DNA from: Klebsormidium nitens
Taxonomy: Eukaryota > Plantae > Klebsormidiophyceae
Length of the DNA stretch: 64,000 nt
Assembly: GCA_000708835.1 (NCBI GenBank)
Contig: DF237101.1
Location: 62,001-126,000, forward strand
Direction of reading: 5' to 3'
Each line of letters begins with the position of its first letter. Position 1 is the stretch's first letter. The notes under the pieces were generated by a model. It saw nothing but the letters and a program-made list of their open reading frames with translations. It did no database searches and was not told the origin of the DNA. This document shows, one piece after another, positions 61,908-64,000 of this stretch. The position numbers and the translations under genes were made by a program.

Positions 61908-62098
61908 ATGACACGACATTTGAGGAATAGTAAGCTTTTGGAATACCGTAGTAAGCTCAAACCAAACACTAAAATCCTAACCTATAAAAAGTACCTGCTC
62001 CGCACCCAAACCCACCCTAACCCCCAAACTAACCCTATCCGTCCCAGGCTGGTGAGCTTTCTATTCCTAAAGCTTACTGTTCCTACATAAAGTGTCAT
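61908..62098 (-). mobile_element. Telomere-like-core MITE, copy E
   Basis: Reverse core (CCTAACC...CCTGCTCCGCACCCAAACCCACCCTAACC...CCCTATCCGTCCC); arms 61923-61945 / 62062-62084 (21/23 complementary) plus outer ATGACAC/GTGTCAT. Confidence 0.8.
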
Positions 62099-62394
62099 GA
62101 CTTCTGCCTCCGAGGCCGCTGAGTGAAGAACGCTCAATGCCGCTCATACAGCTACATGAGCTGTCACACTCCCGAGTGACATCAGCTCACAACATTGCGG
62201 AGGAGAGCTCAGAGGAGATGCACCCACATCTAGCTCGGGGCAAGGTCTGTTTTGCGGGAGTGCCATGGCTTGTGCTGCCGTGAGCTGCCATCTTTCCTAG
62301 CATCACTTCTTCTTGGTATGGTAGAACTGTATTTCCGCAAAGCCTGATGAACACTCAGAACATTTTCTTCAGGTGTAGTTGCTGAGCTCATCCC

Positions 62395-63349
62395 ATGGAG
62401 CGGAAGCACGCCTGGGCGTGGCTCCTGGGAGGAACGGTCGCCGCAGGTTTCGGTCGGGGGCTCCAGGCGATCCCGGTGGTGGCATGGCTCGAACCTGTCT
62501 TCTTCCTCCAGTTCTTCCACCATTCTAGAGTCCACGAAGTTTCCTGGCGCTCAAAGCTCGGCATTCTGGCAGCTGCGATATTCGCCCAAGCTGCGGGGCT
62601 CACTTTTGCGATGGCAGGGACTCTGAATGACCCATCGTTCACCCCCCTGGGAGTCGCCGTGGTCGCGATTGCAGCCACTCTCGGGAGCACGGCGCTAGTT
62701 CTCATTCCCTACTTTGGTGCCAGCGCGTACCGCCACCGCTATGAGGGGGCTGTAGCTGCTGGCGTGTTCTTCTTCCCTCTCGTGCTCACCGGGCTGTGGA
62801 TCGCTTATGCCAGAGTGTCTCCTTTTGGGACAATGGGCCACAGCGCTTACAGTCAGTCGGACTCGAAGACCCTCGTGCTGACCGCCTCGTTTTGGGGCAT
62901 GTCAGGAATCACATTTCTGATGTCTTGGGGGGCTGCCCTGCTGCATGAGGTCCTTCTGTGCCAGAACCCTGTTCCCCCCCCAAAACTTCCGAGCCCCCGC
63001 AACCCCCCCCTGCCCTACACTGGCGCGCCTTACCTCCACAGCCCCCTGCTGCTGCGCCGGTACAGCGTCGTTGAGCCCCACTTGCAGGGGGCGCTTCCCC
63101 AGGGGGTTACGTGGCACGTGCGTGCTTTCTCAGCGGTGTTCCTCTTAGCGCTGCTCTACGGGGGTGCGCAGACGTCTCTCTTCGCGGGGCGCTTCTATCA
63201 GCGGGGAATTGAGGAGATGTATCATAAAACGTTCGCGGCGTCGTGCATTTTGGAAGACGAGGCCCGAGGGGGGAGCCTGGAACGCCTGTGGGCGGAGACG
63301 GAGGGGCGGGTCGCTGCGGGGGATGATGTTATCCTCTGGTCAGAAACAG
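62395..63349 (+). CDS. Apolipoprotein N-acyltransferase (Lnt)-like protein, large exon; 3' part not resolved
   Basis: Multi-TM N-terminus with Lnt-like motifs (AWLEPV, SPFGTMGHSAYSQ, TASFWGMSGITFLMSW, LLYGG), then the nitrilase-fold catalytic Glu motif VILWSET. Splice donor at 63350. Confidence 0.75.
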
Positions 63350-64000
63350 GTGAGCAATTGTCACTGTGAGAAGTTGACTGCTGTCAGCTTTCACGGTAGG
63401 ATAGAGAGGGGAAAACGTTCCTGTTTATCTGGTGCTCCTTCTGATTTGCACCAATTTTGGACCGATTTGAATGGGGCGTGGAGCCAAGTTCTCTCTGCCC
63501 CTTCCTTTGGTTGGTAGATCGAGGTATAGATTAAGCGTTCGGAGGTTGCAATGAAGGGGCCCAAAGTGAACCTAAGATGTTGTTTGCAGCGGGCCTGGAT
63601 GCTTGAGACGCTCTTTCCGTATTGGCCCCTGTATGACTAGCTGAACTGTCTTGCAGAAGCTGGCCGTGTAACTAGCTCTGTCTCTGTCCCCACCGTAAAC
63701 AGCTCGTCCTCATCCTGTCTGTCTGTTTCACTGGAGGGTAGAGGAGCGAAGGAACAATCTCGATCCAATCTCCATCTCGTTCAAAGACTGACTGATCTTC
63801 AGCAGCCTCTCATCGGGATTCCAAGGAGCCTGATGCTCCCTGGCGATCTGGAAAGCCAGTTTAACAGCGTGAGAGATTCATTTACAGGCATACGACCCCT
63901 GCGCAACCTTGCCCTTCCGCCGGCCAGATGAGTTGTTCTGCTTTCGATTCTGCCGGCTTTTACTTCTCCAAACGAAGATCAAGGACTGACCCCACAGGAT

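Overview
Eukaryotic, intron-rich genomic DNA. The gene set and GT-AG introns suggest a streptophyte green alga, Klebsormidium-like (inference). The window has three zones. (1) Positions 1-11.2 kb hold an integrated virus-like or self-replicating element. It encodes two paralogous primase/D5-type SF3 helicases (one with 3 spliceosomal introns, one intron-free), an OLV11/Polinton-like-virus-type tyrosine recombinase and several small ORFs. It also carries a 5x113-bp array, whose unit recurs inverted inside the helicase introns, and a 16-bp inverted repeat around an AT-rich spacer. No capsid or packaging genes are visible, but the element runs off the left edge. (2) Positions 11,246-17,126 hold a KDZ-type (Kyakuja-Dileera-Zisupton) DNA transposon with 9-bp TIRs and a 4-bp TSD. 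(3) Positions 17.7-64 kb hold host genes: an orphan, HLB1, UBE3D, an AHK1/CKI1-like hybrid histidine kinase, complex I B9/NDUFA3, a TIGR03492 lipid-A-disaccharide-synthase-related gene and an Lnt-like acyltransferase. These are interspersed with at least three MITE families, one of which has a conserved telomere-like core with different inverted arms in each copy. A 232-nt N gap lies at 29,086-29,317. All exon joins and alignments were made by eye; no database searches were run.
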